Below are positions 32,463 through 42,869 of a DNA stretch of 64,000 nt, in pieces. The DNA lies in assembly GCA_965243395.1 (NCBI GenBank), contig CBDEUS010000002.1:96001-160000 (forward strand). Reading direction: 5' to 3'. Both the position numbers and the translations under genes were made by a program. The notes under the pieces are model-generated. The model made no database searches and was not told the DNA's origin. It saw nothing but the letters and a program-made list of their open reading frames with translations. The stretch's first letter is position 1. Every line of letters begins with the position of its first letter. Source of the DNA: Gammaproteobacteria bacterium (GTDB lineage Bacteria > Pseudomonadota > Gammaproteobacteria > UBA4575).

Positions 32463-32903
32463 CTAAGCTTTGCTAATGCTCGGCGTATCTGCATGAATCA
32501 ACGATTGAGCGCTATATAGTAAGAATAATACTATTGCCGCCATCGTTAGATTTAAGCCAACCCCAAGATAAACTTCGTAATAAACACATAGTGCAGTATC
32601 AAAAACCACCCACATAAGTATCGAAACAAGTAACACATTCCATGTCCTTTGACTTGGGTTTTCAAAATATTGATTTACAACAAATGTAAATAAAACACCC
32701 CAACTGGCTAAAGTTGGACCAAATACACTTAATAAGAATATAGTGGGGTATGTAGTAGTTCCCGCACCAAATATTAATTCAATACCTTGTTGATGTACTT
32801 GTGAAAAAAACGGAAATAGCGTAAGTGCTAAACCAGCAAGCACATGAATTGGTCCTATTATTTTTAGTAGTCGATAAATTTTCATATGTAATAATCTCTG
32901 CAA
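32463..32903 (-). CDS. Hypothetical membrane protein (4 TM)
   Basis: Hydrophobic ORF, last gene of operon. Confidence 0.7.
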   Translation of the reverse strand: MQRLLHMKIYRLLKIIGPIHVLAGLALTLFPFFSQVHQQGIELIFGAGTTTYPTIFLLSVFGPTLASWGVLFTFVVNQYFENPSQRTWNVLLVSILMWVVFDTALCVYYEVYLGVGLNLTMAAIVLFLLYSAQSLIHADTPSISKA

Positions 32904-33368
32904 TTATAAAAAAGGTTTGGATACCATCAACCAATACAAAACTAGAACGGAGAAAAATGCGGGAAATCCAAGGCTAAACCAAGTTTTGTAAATCCTATGG
33001 TATGAGTCTGGTAACGATTCCCAATTAGCTGTCGCGTATGCAATATCTCTCAACCTTGTTTGCATAACTACTACCGGTATCCAGCAAACACCAATCAAAA
33101 TATACAACCCTATTACAAGATAAAACCATATTGAGTCGAAAGGATAATTCAATAAATGCATTAAATGGAATCCAGTAACAGGTTGTATGATTACTGCAGG
33201 TGTCGTGAAAATCCAATCTGCAAATACGACAGAGCTAGAAGTGCTTCTTAATGTATTAATGTCATTGCTTAAATTTGCTCTTACCATGAAGAACGCTGTT
33301 CCAAGTCCAGTGCCAAACAATATTGTCGAACTTACTATATGTAAAAGTTTAAGTATTAAATATTCCAT
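32904..33368 (-). CDS. DUF2269-family membrane protein
   Basis: LHIVSSTILFGTGLGTAF, ADWIFT, WLMVSKP. Confidence 0.85.
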   Translation of the reverse strand: MEYLILKLLHIVSSTILFGTGLGTAFFMVRANLSNDINTLRSTSSSVVFADWIFTTPAVIIQPVTGFHLMHLLNYPFDSIWFYLVIGLYILIGVCWIPVVVMQTRLRDIAYATANWESLPDSYHRIYKTWFSLGFPAFFSVLVLYWLMVSKPFL

Positions 33369-33369
33369 T

Positions 33370-34479
33370 TTAATGCCTCACAATTTCCCAACTGATATCA
33401 AGATGTGCCACTGCATCATCAAATTCATTTAAACTAATCAGCTCAAAACAAGGCATTGCACCTGTGTGTGCAATATCTTTATTTGCTAATTTTTTTGCGA
33501 GAATAATGGCTGGTATTATAGGTATTTCAGGGCCATGTCCATTTAATGCAGTTAAATACCATGTTAGTTCCTTCAACTTATTATCCTGATCTTTTCCAAT
33601 TAGATTTATAAACATTCCACCATCCGGTGTTCCCATAAAATTGAGCACATCGCCAATCTTCTTTATAAGTTTTGCATGTCTATCAGGATTTTTAATTATT
33701 CCTAGACGTGATAAGGAAGCTATCAACCAAAATCCGAATTGGGACGTTTTCGTTTCAAGAGCAGCATGAAATAAAACCGTCTTTGTATTTGTATACCGCT
33801 CAGGGAAAAGACTTAAGTCCGGCACATCGCAAATGCCTAGCCATCTTTTTCCTAATTTTGGAAAATCATGTGCATGGATATCTTGCCAACCAAACAACGT
33901 TTTCCATTCACCATTAACCCAACATAAAATTGGTTTGCCGCAATACGAAAGTACTGCTGCTATCGTTGACTCACCTCTTGGCGCTTTATTCCCGGGAGTG
34001 ATACAAGTTTTTATTGATTCAATTGAATTAAACTCATGTTTGAAATGCTTTATAACGGCTGATGACAAACCAGGCAACGTACTGGCGCCCGTAACAAGCA
34101 GTACATCTTTATCTTTAGCTTCGTTATTAAAATTCGTAAATCCTTCTACGAATGATCTTCCATCTGCAAGGTCAATATAGTGGGTTTTAGTTTGGATGCA
34201 TGCCTCAGCTACTGAATAATCTTGTCCTTGATACGGCCCACTCGTATGGATCAAACAATCAACATTTAATGACTCAAGCCTTTTAATAAATTCACTGGAA
34301 TTTTGATCTATGCTTATTGCGACATGGTTGTCTCTATTTTCCAGCCTTCTTAATAAGGTATTCGCTCTATCTAGACTTCTACCAGCTACGAATAGTTGTA
34401 TATTCGGATCTCCCGACAAAGCATTACAAATGCGTGTGCCGAAATTTCCATATCCACCAAGGACCAAAATCCTATACAT
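33370..34479 (-). CDS. Saccharopine dehydrogenase-like NAD(P)-binding oxidoreductase
   Basis: GGYGNFG, AGRS, HYIDLAD. Confidence 0.88.
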   Translation of the reverse strand: MYRILVLGGYGNFGTRICNALSGDPNIQLFVAGRSLDRANTLLRRLENRDNHVAISIDQNSSEFIKRLESLNVDCLIHTSGPYQGQDYSVAEACIQTKTHYIDLADGRSFVEGFTNFNNEAKDKDVLLVTGASTLPGLSSAVIKHFKHEFNSIESIKTCITPGNKAPRGESTIAAVLSYCGKPILCWVNGEWKTLFGWQDIHAHDFPKLGKRWLGICDVPDLSLFPERYTNTKTVLFHAALETKTSQFGFWLIASLSRLGIIKNPDRHAKLIKKIGDVLNFMGTPDGGMFINLIGKDQDNKLKELTWYLTALNGHGPEIPIIPAIILAKKLANKDIAHTGAMPCFELISLNEFDDAVAHLDISWEIVRH

Positions 34480-34499
34480 ATCTCAGTGTCACTTCTTTA

Positions 34500-34919
34500 T
34501 TAAAATCGATCATTACCTTTAATCTCTAGGTTGTTTATTTTTGTTTTACCTAAAATTTTTAGTAATAAGTTTCGACAAGAACGTAATACTGGATATAAAA
34601 AATATGATCGAGCTTTGGATTTGAATATCCAATAATTTAATCTATTGAAAATGCCGGACTTGCTGCTAATTAAAGCCAGCGCATGTATTGCATCTGAGCC
34701 ATAGAAAATTTTATCATTCATCTTCAGTACCATCCCTTGGTCAATGTCTAACCCCATCTTGGTAATTTCCTCACGCACATCACTTTCCTCGCGTGCATCA
34801 ACTATTTTTAGATTTCCAATATCTTCACGAATGCGAACAACTTGGCAGTAGTTATTACACGCCGGGCATTCCTTGTCGTACACAAGTAAAATTTCTTCTT
34901 TATCCATGATCATTAACAA
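34500..34919 (-). CDS. DCC1-like thiol-disulfide oxidoreductase (DUF393)
   Basis: VYDKECPAC motif. Confidence 0.85.
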   Translation of the reverse strand: MLMIMDKEEILLVYDKECPACNNYCQVVRIREDIGNLKIVDAREESDVREEITKMGLDIDQGMVLKMNDKIFYGSDAIHALALISSKSGIFNRLNYWIFKSKARSYFLYPVLRSCRNLLLKILGKTKINNLEIKGNDRF

Positions 34920-35829
34920 TTATTTCTGACACGAGAAACTCTGCCATCTTTTTAACACCATATCTTTCCAAAGGCTCGAAGTACCACGAAGGATCTAATT
35001 TTCGGTCAAACATAATATTCAGCCTGACACGTGTCTCATTTTCTGAAATTTTTTCAAGTTCAACATGCGTGCCTTTAAAATCAATATAGTTTGATATGTA
35101 ACTCGTGTCTTTCAAAATTTCTGTCTTTAGGTAGTCATCTCCCACATCTGCAATTTTTAATTCTGTATGACCTTCATGAATATTTGTGAAAAACCATTTC
35201 TTGTATCGATAGTAAATTTTGTGAACTGCACCTTTGTCTATATTTCCGGCCTCTACTTTGTACGGCATTGGGAACATTCTTAGAAACCAATGCCTCTCTT
35301 TTTGCAAGTCAATTGGTCTAACCATCCTTTCTTTTATTGTTTCAATATCAAATGAAACTACTGTTTCAAAACTTACTGTATTATCCCTATCAAAGCTTAA
35401 ATCTTCATGTGTACCTTCAAACGCAGAAATAAGAACTATTAAGGGAAGCAAATGCACATATAAACTTCCTTTTCCTTTACCTTTTACTTTTCTCCAAATA
35501 AGTTCATAAATAAACCCTAATGTCATCACACCAAAATAAATTGGCATAAACATCACTACACATAAAAATCCTTCAAATAAAAGGACTGAGCTTCCCAGCA
35601 TCACAATCAATGAACCTCTTGCAACATTCCAATAACCAGTCCACCAATTTTTCTTAGGCTCTTGTCTACTTGTCATCACAGCAAGTATCACTGCAATTAA
35701 GAAAGGAGCAGCAACATATAACAATGCAGAGTTATGAAAGTTGTACCCAATTAATAAACGTACCGCTAGCGATCCAATTGCAGCTAGAAATAATAAAAAT
35801 AAAATTGTTTTAGTATTCATTTTTCTCAA
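34900..35829 (-). CDS. Membrane protein with C-terminal SRPBCC/START-like domain
   Basis: N-terminal TMs with EGFLCVVM, C-terminal LDPSWYFEP. Confidence 0.65.
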   Translation of the reverse strand: MRKMNTKTILFLLFLAAIGSLAVRLLIGYNFHNSALLYVAAPFLIAVILAVMTSRQEPKKNWWTGYWNVARGSLIVMLGSSVLLFEGFLCVVMFMPIYFGVMTLGFIYELIWRKVKGKGKGSLYVHLLPLIVLISAFEGTHEDLSFDRDNTVSFETVVSFDIETIKERMVRPIDLQKERHWFLRMFPMPYKVEAGNIDKGAVHKIYYRYKKWFFTNIHEGHTELKIADVGDDYLKTEILKDTSYISNYIDFKGTHVELEKISENETRVRLNIMFDRKLDPSWYFEPLERYGVKKMAEFLVSEIIVNDHG

Positions 35830-36719
35830 CCTATTAGTTGCAAATCATCTCTTAGCACTTCAGCTCTCGGGATTCCGATATTGCTTGCGAGATTTAAATG
35901 CTTAAGAATTTGGATAACTCTCCATCCTGGATCACATTGACCTTTTTCAATGCCAATTTGGGCAGATTCTGGAAATGCATGATGATTGTTGTGCCAACAT
36001 TCCCCATAGGTGGCAACGCCCAGTCCAGGAATATTAGATGCTTGAACATATGCATCTTTAACCCGCCAATTACCAGGCCCGGGATTGTGACAAAAGTACG
36101 TGATTGTCCAGTGACCAACTACGCTGACGGACACTCTTACAAATACACCCCATACAACCCAAGACCAACCTCCAAATAAATATAAAGGAACCGCTAAAAG
36201 TAGTTGGTGGAATCTCCAGGTTTTCTCCATAAATACAAACCATGGATCCTCAGCAATCTCTTTTTCAATGATTATTTTTGGAGGCTTTGCATAGTTAAAT
36301 TTAGATGTTAACTGCCACCAAATATCTAAAAAGAAATTTCTTCGATGGGAGAAAAAGTCATGACACTCATTTTGTCGTTGCGCCCAATCCCTTTGATCAT
36401 GAATACGAATAACGCCAAACGGACCTGCCATGCCAACCAAAACCCCAACATATACAAGTAGTCTTGATGCCCACTTAGGAGATTCAAACGTTCTATGAAT
36501 AAGTAAGCGATGCATTCCAACACTATGCCCAATTAGAAGAGAAAAGTAAGTTGTCACAACAAATAGTGTAAAAGCACTCCAAGTGAAAGTGATGGGGGCT
36601 AATATCACTGCTAGCAATATCATTGATAAATTCCAAGCAGCTTTTTTAGAATCGATACTAATAGTTCCCTCATTAGCTGAAGCATGTGTAGCCTTAATTC
36701 TTAAAACTGGTTTCATCAT
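35826..36719 (-). CDS. Delta-9-type acyl-CoA desaturase
   Basis: HRLLIH, GECWHNNHH His boxes. Confidence 0.88.
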   Translation of the reverse strand: MMKPVLRIKATHASANEGTISIDSKKAAWNLSMILLAVILAPITFTWSAFTLFVVTTYFSLLIGHSVGMHRLLIHRTFESPKWASRLLVYVGVLVGMAGPFGVIRIHDQRDWAQRQNECHDFFSHRRNFFLDIWWQLTSKFNYAKPPKIIIEKEIAEDPWFVFMEKTWRFHQLLLAVPLYLFGGWSWVVWGVFVRVSVSVVGHWTITYFCHNPGPGNWRVKDAYVQASNIPGLGVATYGECWHNNHHAFPESAQIGIEKGQCDPGWRVIQILKHLNLASNIGIPRAEVLRDDLQLIG

Positions 36720-36729
36720 AATCAGTACC

Positions 36730-37710
36730 TCAATTATTTGTAGCTAATGTTGTCTTGGTGTTATCCAAATCATATTGCCCAGGAAGTTTTCTTTTAGTTA
36801 TGGATTTAAGTTCTTTTCTTAATGGCATGTCTTCTGGAAGTTTTATATCCCATACAAGACCAATCTCAGATAAAAACATTAACACCCACCATCCCGGATC
36901 AACTTGATCTTCATAAATACCTAATAACGCAGAGCCGGGATAAGCATGATGATTATTGTGCCAACACTCTCCCATAGTGATCCAACCTGTATATTTAATG
37001 TTATATCCTTGAACGGCGGCACCTTCAACTTCCCAATCACGATGACCTTCGTTATGTGCAAAGTAACCAATTAACCAATGCCCAGTAACAGAAACACTAA
37101 CGCGGCAGCAGATGCCCCAAATAACCCAAGAAATACCTCCAAAATAGAAAAGTAATATTGCCCACGGTAATTGTTGCAACATCCATGTGTTCTCCATGAA
37201 TTTATAAACTTTGTCATTTGAAATTCGTGTTTCTGGCTCAAATAAAGGTGGGTTATCAAGATTCAAATCACAATGTATTTGCCACCATCCATCTTTAAGA
37301 AAACTATTTCCATGACAGAAATAATCATGGCACTCACTTTGTCGCTGTGCCCAATCTCGTATATCGTGTGTTTTAACCATTCCGATTGGCCCAGCCATTC
37401 CTACTAATGTTCCCAAGTGAACAAAAAAATATTCAATCCACTTAGGACATTCATAACTGTTATGTATTAATCTACGATGCATCCCTAATGAATGCCCTAA
37501 ACAAAGCGTTGTTGCAGTGAAAATAATAAATACGAAAAAAGCACTGAGTGAGAACGTTAAATAGCCACCAACTAATGACGAAACATACATACTTGTAATC
37601 CAAATTGATTTTTTGGGTGACCATCTCACTGTTCCATTTATTGGATTCGCGCCATTCGTATCATTAATTCTTGGCACTCCATTATTTGTATTCATCGTTA
37701 CACCCCCCAT
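36730..37710 (-). CDS. Delta-9-type acyl-CoA desaturase (paralogue)
   Basis: HRRLIH, GECWHNNHH; start may be the internal ATG (MNTNN). Confidence 0.88.
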   Translation of the reverse strand: MGGVTMNTNNGVPRINDTNGANPINGTVRWSPKKSIWITSMYVSSLVGGYLTFSLSAFFVFIIFTATTLCLGHSLGMHRRLIHNSYECPKWIEYFFVHLGTLVGMAGPIGMVKTHDIRDWAQRQSECHDYFCHGNSFLKDGWWQIHCDLNLDNPPLFEPETRISNDKVYKFMENTWMLQQLPWAILLFYFGGISWVIWGICCRVSVSVTGHWLIGYFAHNEGHRDWEVEGAAVQGYNIKYTGWITMGECWHNNHHAYPGSALLGIYEDQVDPGWWVLMFLSEIGLVWDIKLPEDMPLRKELKSITKRKLPGQYDLDNTKTTLATNN

Positions 37711-38459
37711 TCATTTGTATTAAATTCACGTTTTTTTAAAGGAAGAATCCACATTTGATAAATAGATGTGAACCACATAAAAGTCGAAGCAGCTGTGTAA
37801 CCAAAACCACCGATTAAAGTGAACCATGCAAATATTGGAATCCATTTAGTAAGCCACCATGACATGACATCTACAATTAAAAACAAGAAAGGTAGAGCGA
37901 TTGCTGATGCCTTAAGCCAATTAGGAATTCCAACCGCAAAGCTAAAAATCAATCCTACAAAGAAGAAAATAAATGAAATACCAAACAAATGAATATGTGA
38001 AACTCTTGTTAGCGAACCAATAGAAGCACCTTCATCTATTTCGCTCACAGATTTAACGTTTTCAAACTTAGTAAAGTCTGGTAGTCCAGGTTCTTCATCA
38101 TGGCAAAAGACACAATTCTTTTGAAAAATAATGTTTATGTTTTCATTCCAACCTTTTTCTGATGCACCTTCTCTTACCCATTTAATAATTTGTGCGCGAT
38201 CATGCGATGATGCTTTGTCTTTCATCGAGCCATTTAATTTATTCTCTAATTTGCTATTTTCACGATTGCCGTAGTAGCTATAGACGATGTCATCTACTGA
38301 GACACCAAGCTTTCCATCCGCCATGCCGTGAGTAAGTAAAATTTGCATTCCTGCCATCAATAACCCCAAACCTATCGCTAATAAATAACCAGTAAATAGC
38401 ACACGAACGGATAGTGCTAATGATGGTAGATTCATATACTCGCCATATTTGGTCTTCAT
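37698..38459 (-). CDS. Membrane protein with c-type heme motif
   Basis: CVFCH, SHIHLFG, 4 TM. Confidence 0.7.
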   Translation of the reverse strand: MKTKYGEYMNLPSLALSVRVLFTGYLLAIGLGLLMAGMQILLTHGMADGKLGVSVDDIVYSYYGNRENSKLENKLNGSMKDKASSHDRAQIIKWVREGASEKGWNENINIIFQKNCVFCHDEEPGLPDFTKFENVKSVSEIDEGASIGSLTRVSHIHLFGISFIFFFVGLIFSFAVGIPNWLKASAIALPFLFLIVDVMSWWLTKWIPIFAWFTLIGGFGYTAASTFMWFTSIYQMWILPLKKREFNTNEWGV

Positions 38460-38629
38460 ATTCTTCCCTTAAAAAATGAGATCTATTAGTTAATAAACTG
38501 TGTTCAGCAGGAAGATTAGGGGGCAAACAAGGAAATAACTTCCCGCTTTATAGAGAAGGAATAGAAATAAAATTTACTGTTGAAAACCAGTAAGTTAGAT
38601 AATTACTGGTTTATAAAATAGGAATGTAA

Positions 38630-39643
38630 TTAGTCAGATTCTAGGTTTTTTCTGTAGTTTCCTGGGGACATCCCAGTAATTTCACGAAATGCCGAGTAGA
38701 AGTTGGACTGGGACTTAAACCCGTTTGCTAAGCCTACAGAAAGTACTGATGCATTAGGCTCATTGGTTAGCATATTTTTAGCCTCAGTAACGCGTCTTTC
38801 TCTTATGAATCGAGGAAATCCACAGTCATATTGTGTATTGATTAATTCAGATAATTGATGACTATTAATATCGAGCATTTCTGCAAGCATGCTTAAACTT
38901 AGGTTCTCATTTTGATAAACCTTGTCATCATTCATAAGTTTTTCTAAAGAAGCACGCACAGATTCAACATTGATGCCTCCTAAAGTAGATTTTGCGTAGG
39001 CAGCTTCCGTAATTTCAACAATGTCACTTAGCAATTCAGGAAAGATAATTACCGATGCTGTAACTAATAACATTGCAATCCCTATTGAAGAGGCATATGC
39101 GCCAAAAAAGATTGTGTGGTTTATATAAGGCACAGATAAACCGAGTATCAAAGCTAACAAAGCCATCAACGCAAACAACAAACCAAAGAATATTTCAAAT
39201 TTGAAACGACTACTCTGAGGGCGTAATTGGAAAATAATTCTTGCAATCCAAAATGTATATCCTGTTCCAATTAAAAAAGCGATTACCGGAATTATTTTTA
39301 CAGGAAGAAATAAACCTATAGCGACTGGCACAAAGTGAAGAATATGATAGATGCTTAGCTTCGATTCCGGGAATAAAACTACTCGACTGAAAAAATAAAA
39401 CGTCATTGGAACAAAAAGCAATAAATATAAATATCCACGATTATTGAGTAAATCAGTATCGTTGGAAAAATATAGATAATGCCAAAATTGCAAACCAGAA
39501 AGAGAAATCAGCAATGCAACACAAGACAACTTGCTGATGAAGTTCTTCCTAATATTTGGGAGAAAAAATAAATATGAAAAAAGAAGAATAACTGCGCTGA
39601 ATATAGAAAACCCAGCTATCAATTGTACAAATGTAGATACCAT
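38630..39643 (-). CDS. Membrane-anchored AraC-family regulator
   Basis: About 7 TM followed by HTH GFKSQSNFYSAFREITGMSP. Confidence 0.88.
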   Translation of the reverse strand: MVSTFVQLIAGFSIFSAVILLFSYLFFLPNIRKNFISKLSCVALLISLSGLQFWHYLYFSNDTDLLNNRGYLYLLLFVPMTFYFFSRVVLFPESKLSIYHILHFVPVAIGLFLPVKIIPVIAFLIGTGYTFWIARIIFQLRPQSSRFKFEIFFGLLFALMALLALILGLSVPYINHTIFFGAYASSIGIAMLLVTASVIIFPELLSDIVEITEAAYAKSTLGGINVESVRASLEKLMNDDKVYQNENLSLSMLAEMLDINSHQLSELINTQYDCGFPRFIRERRVTEAKNMLTNEPNASVLSVGLANGFKSQSNFYSAFREITGMSPGNYRKNLESD

Positions 39644-39811
39644 CTTATTGTTCTTGTGCCCCAGCTAAATATACATCTACATTCTATATGTGATTAGCCG
39701 ACATGTATTCATCGGATCAATAAATTTAAGCCAAATAAAAACAGTAGATTACGATTTATATGACTCTTGTTTGAATAATATCCACCGTACTTCCACCAAA
39801 GTATTGATTAT

Positions 39812-40594
39812 CTATACCCAAGTGCTATTCAAGGTATCCCTAAAATAGTTATTTAAACCCTCAGCTTCAGCCTCAGAGCTTTTTTGAGCAAATTTTGTGT
39901 CCTCTAATCGATTTAATTCAGATTCAATAAACTCATTTAGTACTGTAATCTTTTCTGAAGTATCTTTCTCAAATCCAGATTTTTTTCGCTCTAGCAAGTT
40001 ATTTATGGCACTAAGAAGCTTATTGTCATCAACTAACTTTTCTATTAGTTTGGAAAATTCAGTGGGCACCACGCCATAATCATTTTCTATCCATTGCACT
40101 GCTAATAATGGGCGAAGAACATAAAAATATTTTTTTAAACGAACTTGTTCTTTCTGCAAATGCTCTTTATATGTTCTTTTAGCCATACTTAAATAATGAT
40201 AGGCGCATGAAACTGGTGAAAAACTTTTTGGGAGTAAGTTTTGAAACCCATCAGAAAATTTTTCCTTATCTTTATAGACAATAGGAGACCCTATCCACTC
40301 AATCAAAGGTGGATTAGATTTTCGTAACAATCCGAGTGCCTTTCTCAGATCCCAACCATTTATATCAAGCAAATCATCTATAGGTAATTCGATCACATCT
40401 CTTTTGTGTTCAAGATCAATAGATAGATACCACTCAGGTGGATGTATATAAATAAAACGTACGTCAAAATCACTATCTTTAGATGCAAACCCCCACGCTC
40501 GACTACCCGATTCACAGGCATACAAAACTTGAACATTATATTCATCTTCAATTTCATCAAGCTTTTGAAGGATCTCTTCTTTTCTTTCTATCAT
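39812..40594 (-). CDS. Pol-beta-superfamily nucleotidyltransferase (RlaP/YcgL-like, RtcB-associated)
   Basis: ESGSRAWGFASKDSDFDVRF, WDLRKAL, NPPLIEW, KKYFYVLRP. Confidence 0.88.
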   Translation of the reverse strand: MIERKEEILQKLDEIEDEYNVQVLYACESGSRAWGFASKDSDFDVRFIYIHPPEWYLSIDLEHKRDVIELPIDDLLDINGWDLRKALGLLRKSNPPLIEWIGSPIVYKDKEKFSDGFQNLLPKSFSPVSCAYHYLSMAKRTYKEHLQKEQVRLKKYFYVLRPLLAVQWIENDYGVVPTEFSKLIEKLVDDNKLLSAINNLLERKKSGFEKDTSEKITVLNEFIESELNRLEDTKFAQKSSEAEAEGLNNYFRDTLNSTWV

Positions 40595-40602
40595 AGGTAT
40601 AT

Positions 40603-40902
40603 CTAGAAAAAAGTTTTAACAGTTAAAACTATTCCTAAGATTGGTAGCAATAAAAGCCAAATAATAAATATAGTGGCAATTAATATATTAGCTAAATACG
40701 AAGACTCCACTCCTTCGTCTTCCCAATCTTCATCTGCACAAATTACAGATACAAAATCTGAATTAAACTCAACATTAGAATGTTTATTATCAATTGCGAT
40801 ATCAATCGCATCTTTTAGTAACATTAAACCATCCTTATTGCCTGCAATATTATCTTCATATCTTTCACTGTAAATTTTTACCCAAGCTGTTTCATTATAC
40901 AT
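40603..40902 (-). CDS. Hypothetical protein with C-terminal TM
   Basis: AGGAG RBS; lies between rtcB and the nucleotidyltransferase. Confidence 0.6.
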   Translation of the reverse strand: MYNETAWVKIYSERYEDNIAGNKDGLMLLKDAIDIAIDNKHSNVEFNSDFVSVICADEDWEDEGVESSYLANILIATIFIIWLLLLPILGIVLTVKTFF

Positions 40903-40916
40903 TCAACTACTCCTAA

Positions 40917-42113
40917 CTATCCTTTTACACATACAACTTGACGCAAAGTGTGTTCAACGCTTACTAAATCATTTTGGTTTTCCATCACCACATCAATATC
41001 TTTATATGCGCCAGGAATTTCATCTAACACACCTTTGTCTTTACGACATTCAACACCAGCCGTTTGCGCTTCAATATCTTCTTCATTGAAATGGCGTTTT
41101 GCTTTACCACGACTCATACGTCGACCTGCACCATGCGAACATGAACTAAATGATTCAGGGTTACCTTTGCCACGAACAATGTAAGATTTAGCGCCCATAC
41201 TACCCGGAATAATTCCAAGCTCATCCACACCAGCACGAATCGCACCTTTGCGTGTAATGTAAACATTTTCACCAAAATGGTTTTCCATAGACACATAATT
41301 ATGATGACAATTGATGGCTTCTTTAGTGATACCAAATTTCGGTAACACTTTTTTTAATGCATCAATTATCAAGCGCATCATTTCTTTGCGATTTTCCATT
41401 GCGTAATCTTGAGCCCAGTTCACTGCATTTACATAGTCATCAAAGTGCTCTGCCCCTTCAGTAAAATATGCTAAATCTTTATCTGGCAAATTATGAATAT
41501 GCTTTTGCATATCTTTTTGTGCTAATCGAATAAAGAATTGGCCAATAATATTCCCTACTCCACGGCTACCCGAATGAAGCATAATCCATACATCATTATT
41601 TTCATCTAAACAGATTTCAATAAAATGATTCCCACCACCAAGTGTGCCTAGTTGACGCACCCAAGTTTGATAAGGCTTTTTCTGCATCTTTAAAAGTTTG
41701 GGGTGTTTTTCTAGTAAGCGATCTAAACCGTCAGATAAAGGTCGTATAGTTGAATTGCGAGCTTTATCTGACTTATGCATATCAAAACCAACAGGTATTG
41801 CAACTTCAATAGCAGTACGCACTTTGCGTAAGTTATCTGGAAGATCATTAGCATTCATTGAAAGACGCAAAGCATTCATTCCACAACCAATGTCTACACC
41901 AACCGCAGCAGGAATAATTGCACCTTTACATGGAATTACCGAACCCACAGTCGCACCTTTACCAAAGTGCACATCCGGCATCGCCGCAATATGACTATGG
42001 ATAAAAGGCAACTGTGATAGGTTGCATAGTTGCTGGTAGGCTTCGTGCTCTATGTCATCAGTATAGATTTTTACTCGCACATTACCTTTGGTAATGACTT
42101 TTTTAATTGGCAT
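40917..42113 (-). CDS. rtcB: RNA ligase RtcB
   Basis: MPDVH, VGVDIGCG, GGGNHF, HSGSRG, HNY, SHGAGR, AYK. Confidence 0.96.
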   Translation of the reverse strand: MPIKKVITKGNVRVKIYTDDIEHEAYQQLCNLSQLPFIHSHIAAMPDVHFGKGATVGSVIPCKGAIIPAAVGVDIGCGMNALRLSMNANDLPDNLRKVRTAIEVAIPVGFDMHKSDKARNSTIRPLSDGLDRLLEKHPKLLKMQKKPYQTWVRQLGTLGGGNHFIEICLDENNDVWIMLHSGSRGVGNIIGQFFIRLAQKDMQKHIHNLPDKDLAYFTEGAEHFDDYVNAVNWAQDYAMENRKEMMRLIIDALKKVLPKFGITKEAINCHHNYVSMENHFGENVYITRKGAIRAGVDELGIIPGSMGAKSYIVRGKGNPESFSSCSHGAGRRMSRGKAKRHFNEEDIEAQTAGVECRKDKGVLDEIPGAYKDIDVVMENQNDLVSVEHTLRQVVCVKG

Positions 42114-42125
42114 ATGTCACCCTAA

Positions 42126-42367
42126 TTAATCTCTAAAATATTCATTTCTATTAGAACCATCATGTCGCTTTTTCTTCAAGCAACAATTCTTGAAATCTAC
42201 GCCCTGATCCACATACACATGGATCATTCCGGCCGAACTTCTCGCTAAGTTCTTTATTGCCATGAACGATTCTATTTCCTCGTTTAACGTTTGTTTCTGA
42301 TGGGAATCCTTTACGACGTTTACTCATACGCTCAAAAGGATTGATCCTTATTTTTAAATTTACACAT
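42126..42367 (-). CDS. SEC-C motif protein split over three frames (two +1 shifts)
   Basis: GAGGTG-ATG 42367; middle frame [14 protein letters not shown]; the +1 frame continues FKNCC...EYFRD*. Confidence 0.7.
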
Positions 42368-42393
42368 GTTGCACCTCACATTACTAAACTAAA

Positions 42394-42780
42394 TCAGTTG
42401 TATTTTTTGCGATAGTTACTGGTAAAAGGTTGCGCAACAATTTGATAATCATCTTGATAGCGTATCCTTCCAATTTCCTCACATTTAATCATATCTACAG
42501 CAATACCTTTATTTTGTATTACAGAAAAGAGCTTCCACATAACGCGTATATGCTCTTGTGCACTAGGTTTAAACCAACACAGGCAGCGATAGTTACCGGG
42601 TATCTTCAAAATAGGAGGCACAATTAAATTTCTATCAATCCATCTAAACACATATTGAACTTCTTCATATTCATAATCAGTGAATGAATTGTTGTATTTT
42701 AGCTTGTACGCAAGATGTATTAGGCCTTGTTCATAACGTGACCTCCTGTCTTGGCACAGCCCAATAAATCGTAAGTACAT
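42394..42780 (-). CDS. Hypothetical protein in the rtcB operon
   Basis: 128-aa ORF, CLCWFK, YQDDYQIVA. Confidence 0.7.
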   Translation of the reverse strand: MYLRFIGLCQDRRSRYEQGLIHLAYKLKYNNSFTDYEYEEVQYVFRWIDRNLIVPPILKIPGNYRCLCWFKPSAQEHIRVMWKLFSVIQNKGIAVDMIKCEEIGRIRYQDDYQIVAQPFTSNYRKKYN

Positions 42781-42869
42781 TTTTAATATCCATTTATATT
42801 ATTTCTCAAATTTAATTAAATGACGCAGGCCCTCAAATAATAGAGGGCCTTTGTCAGTTTATACTCACG

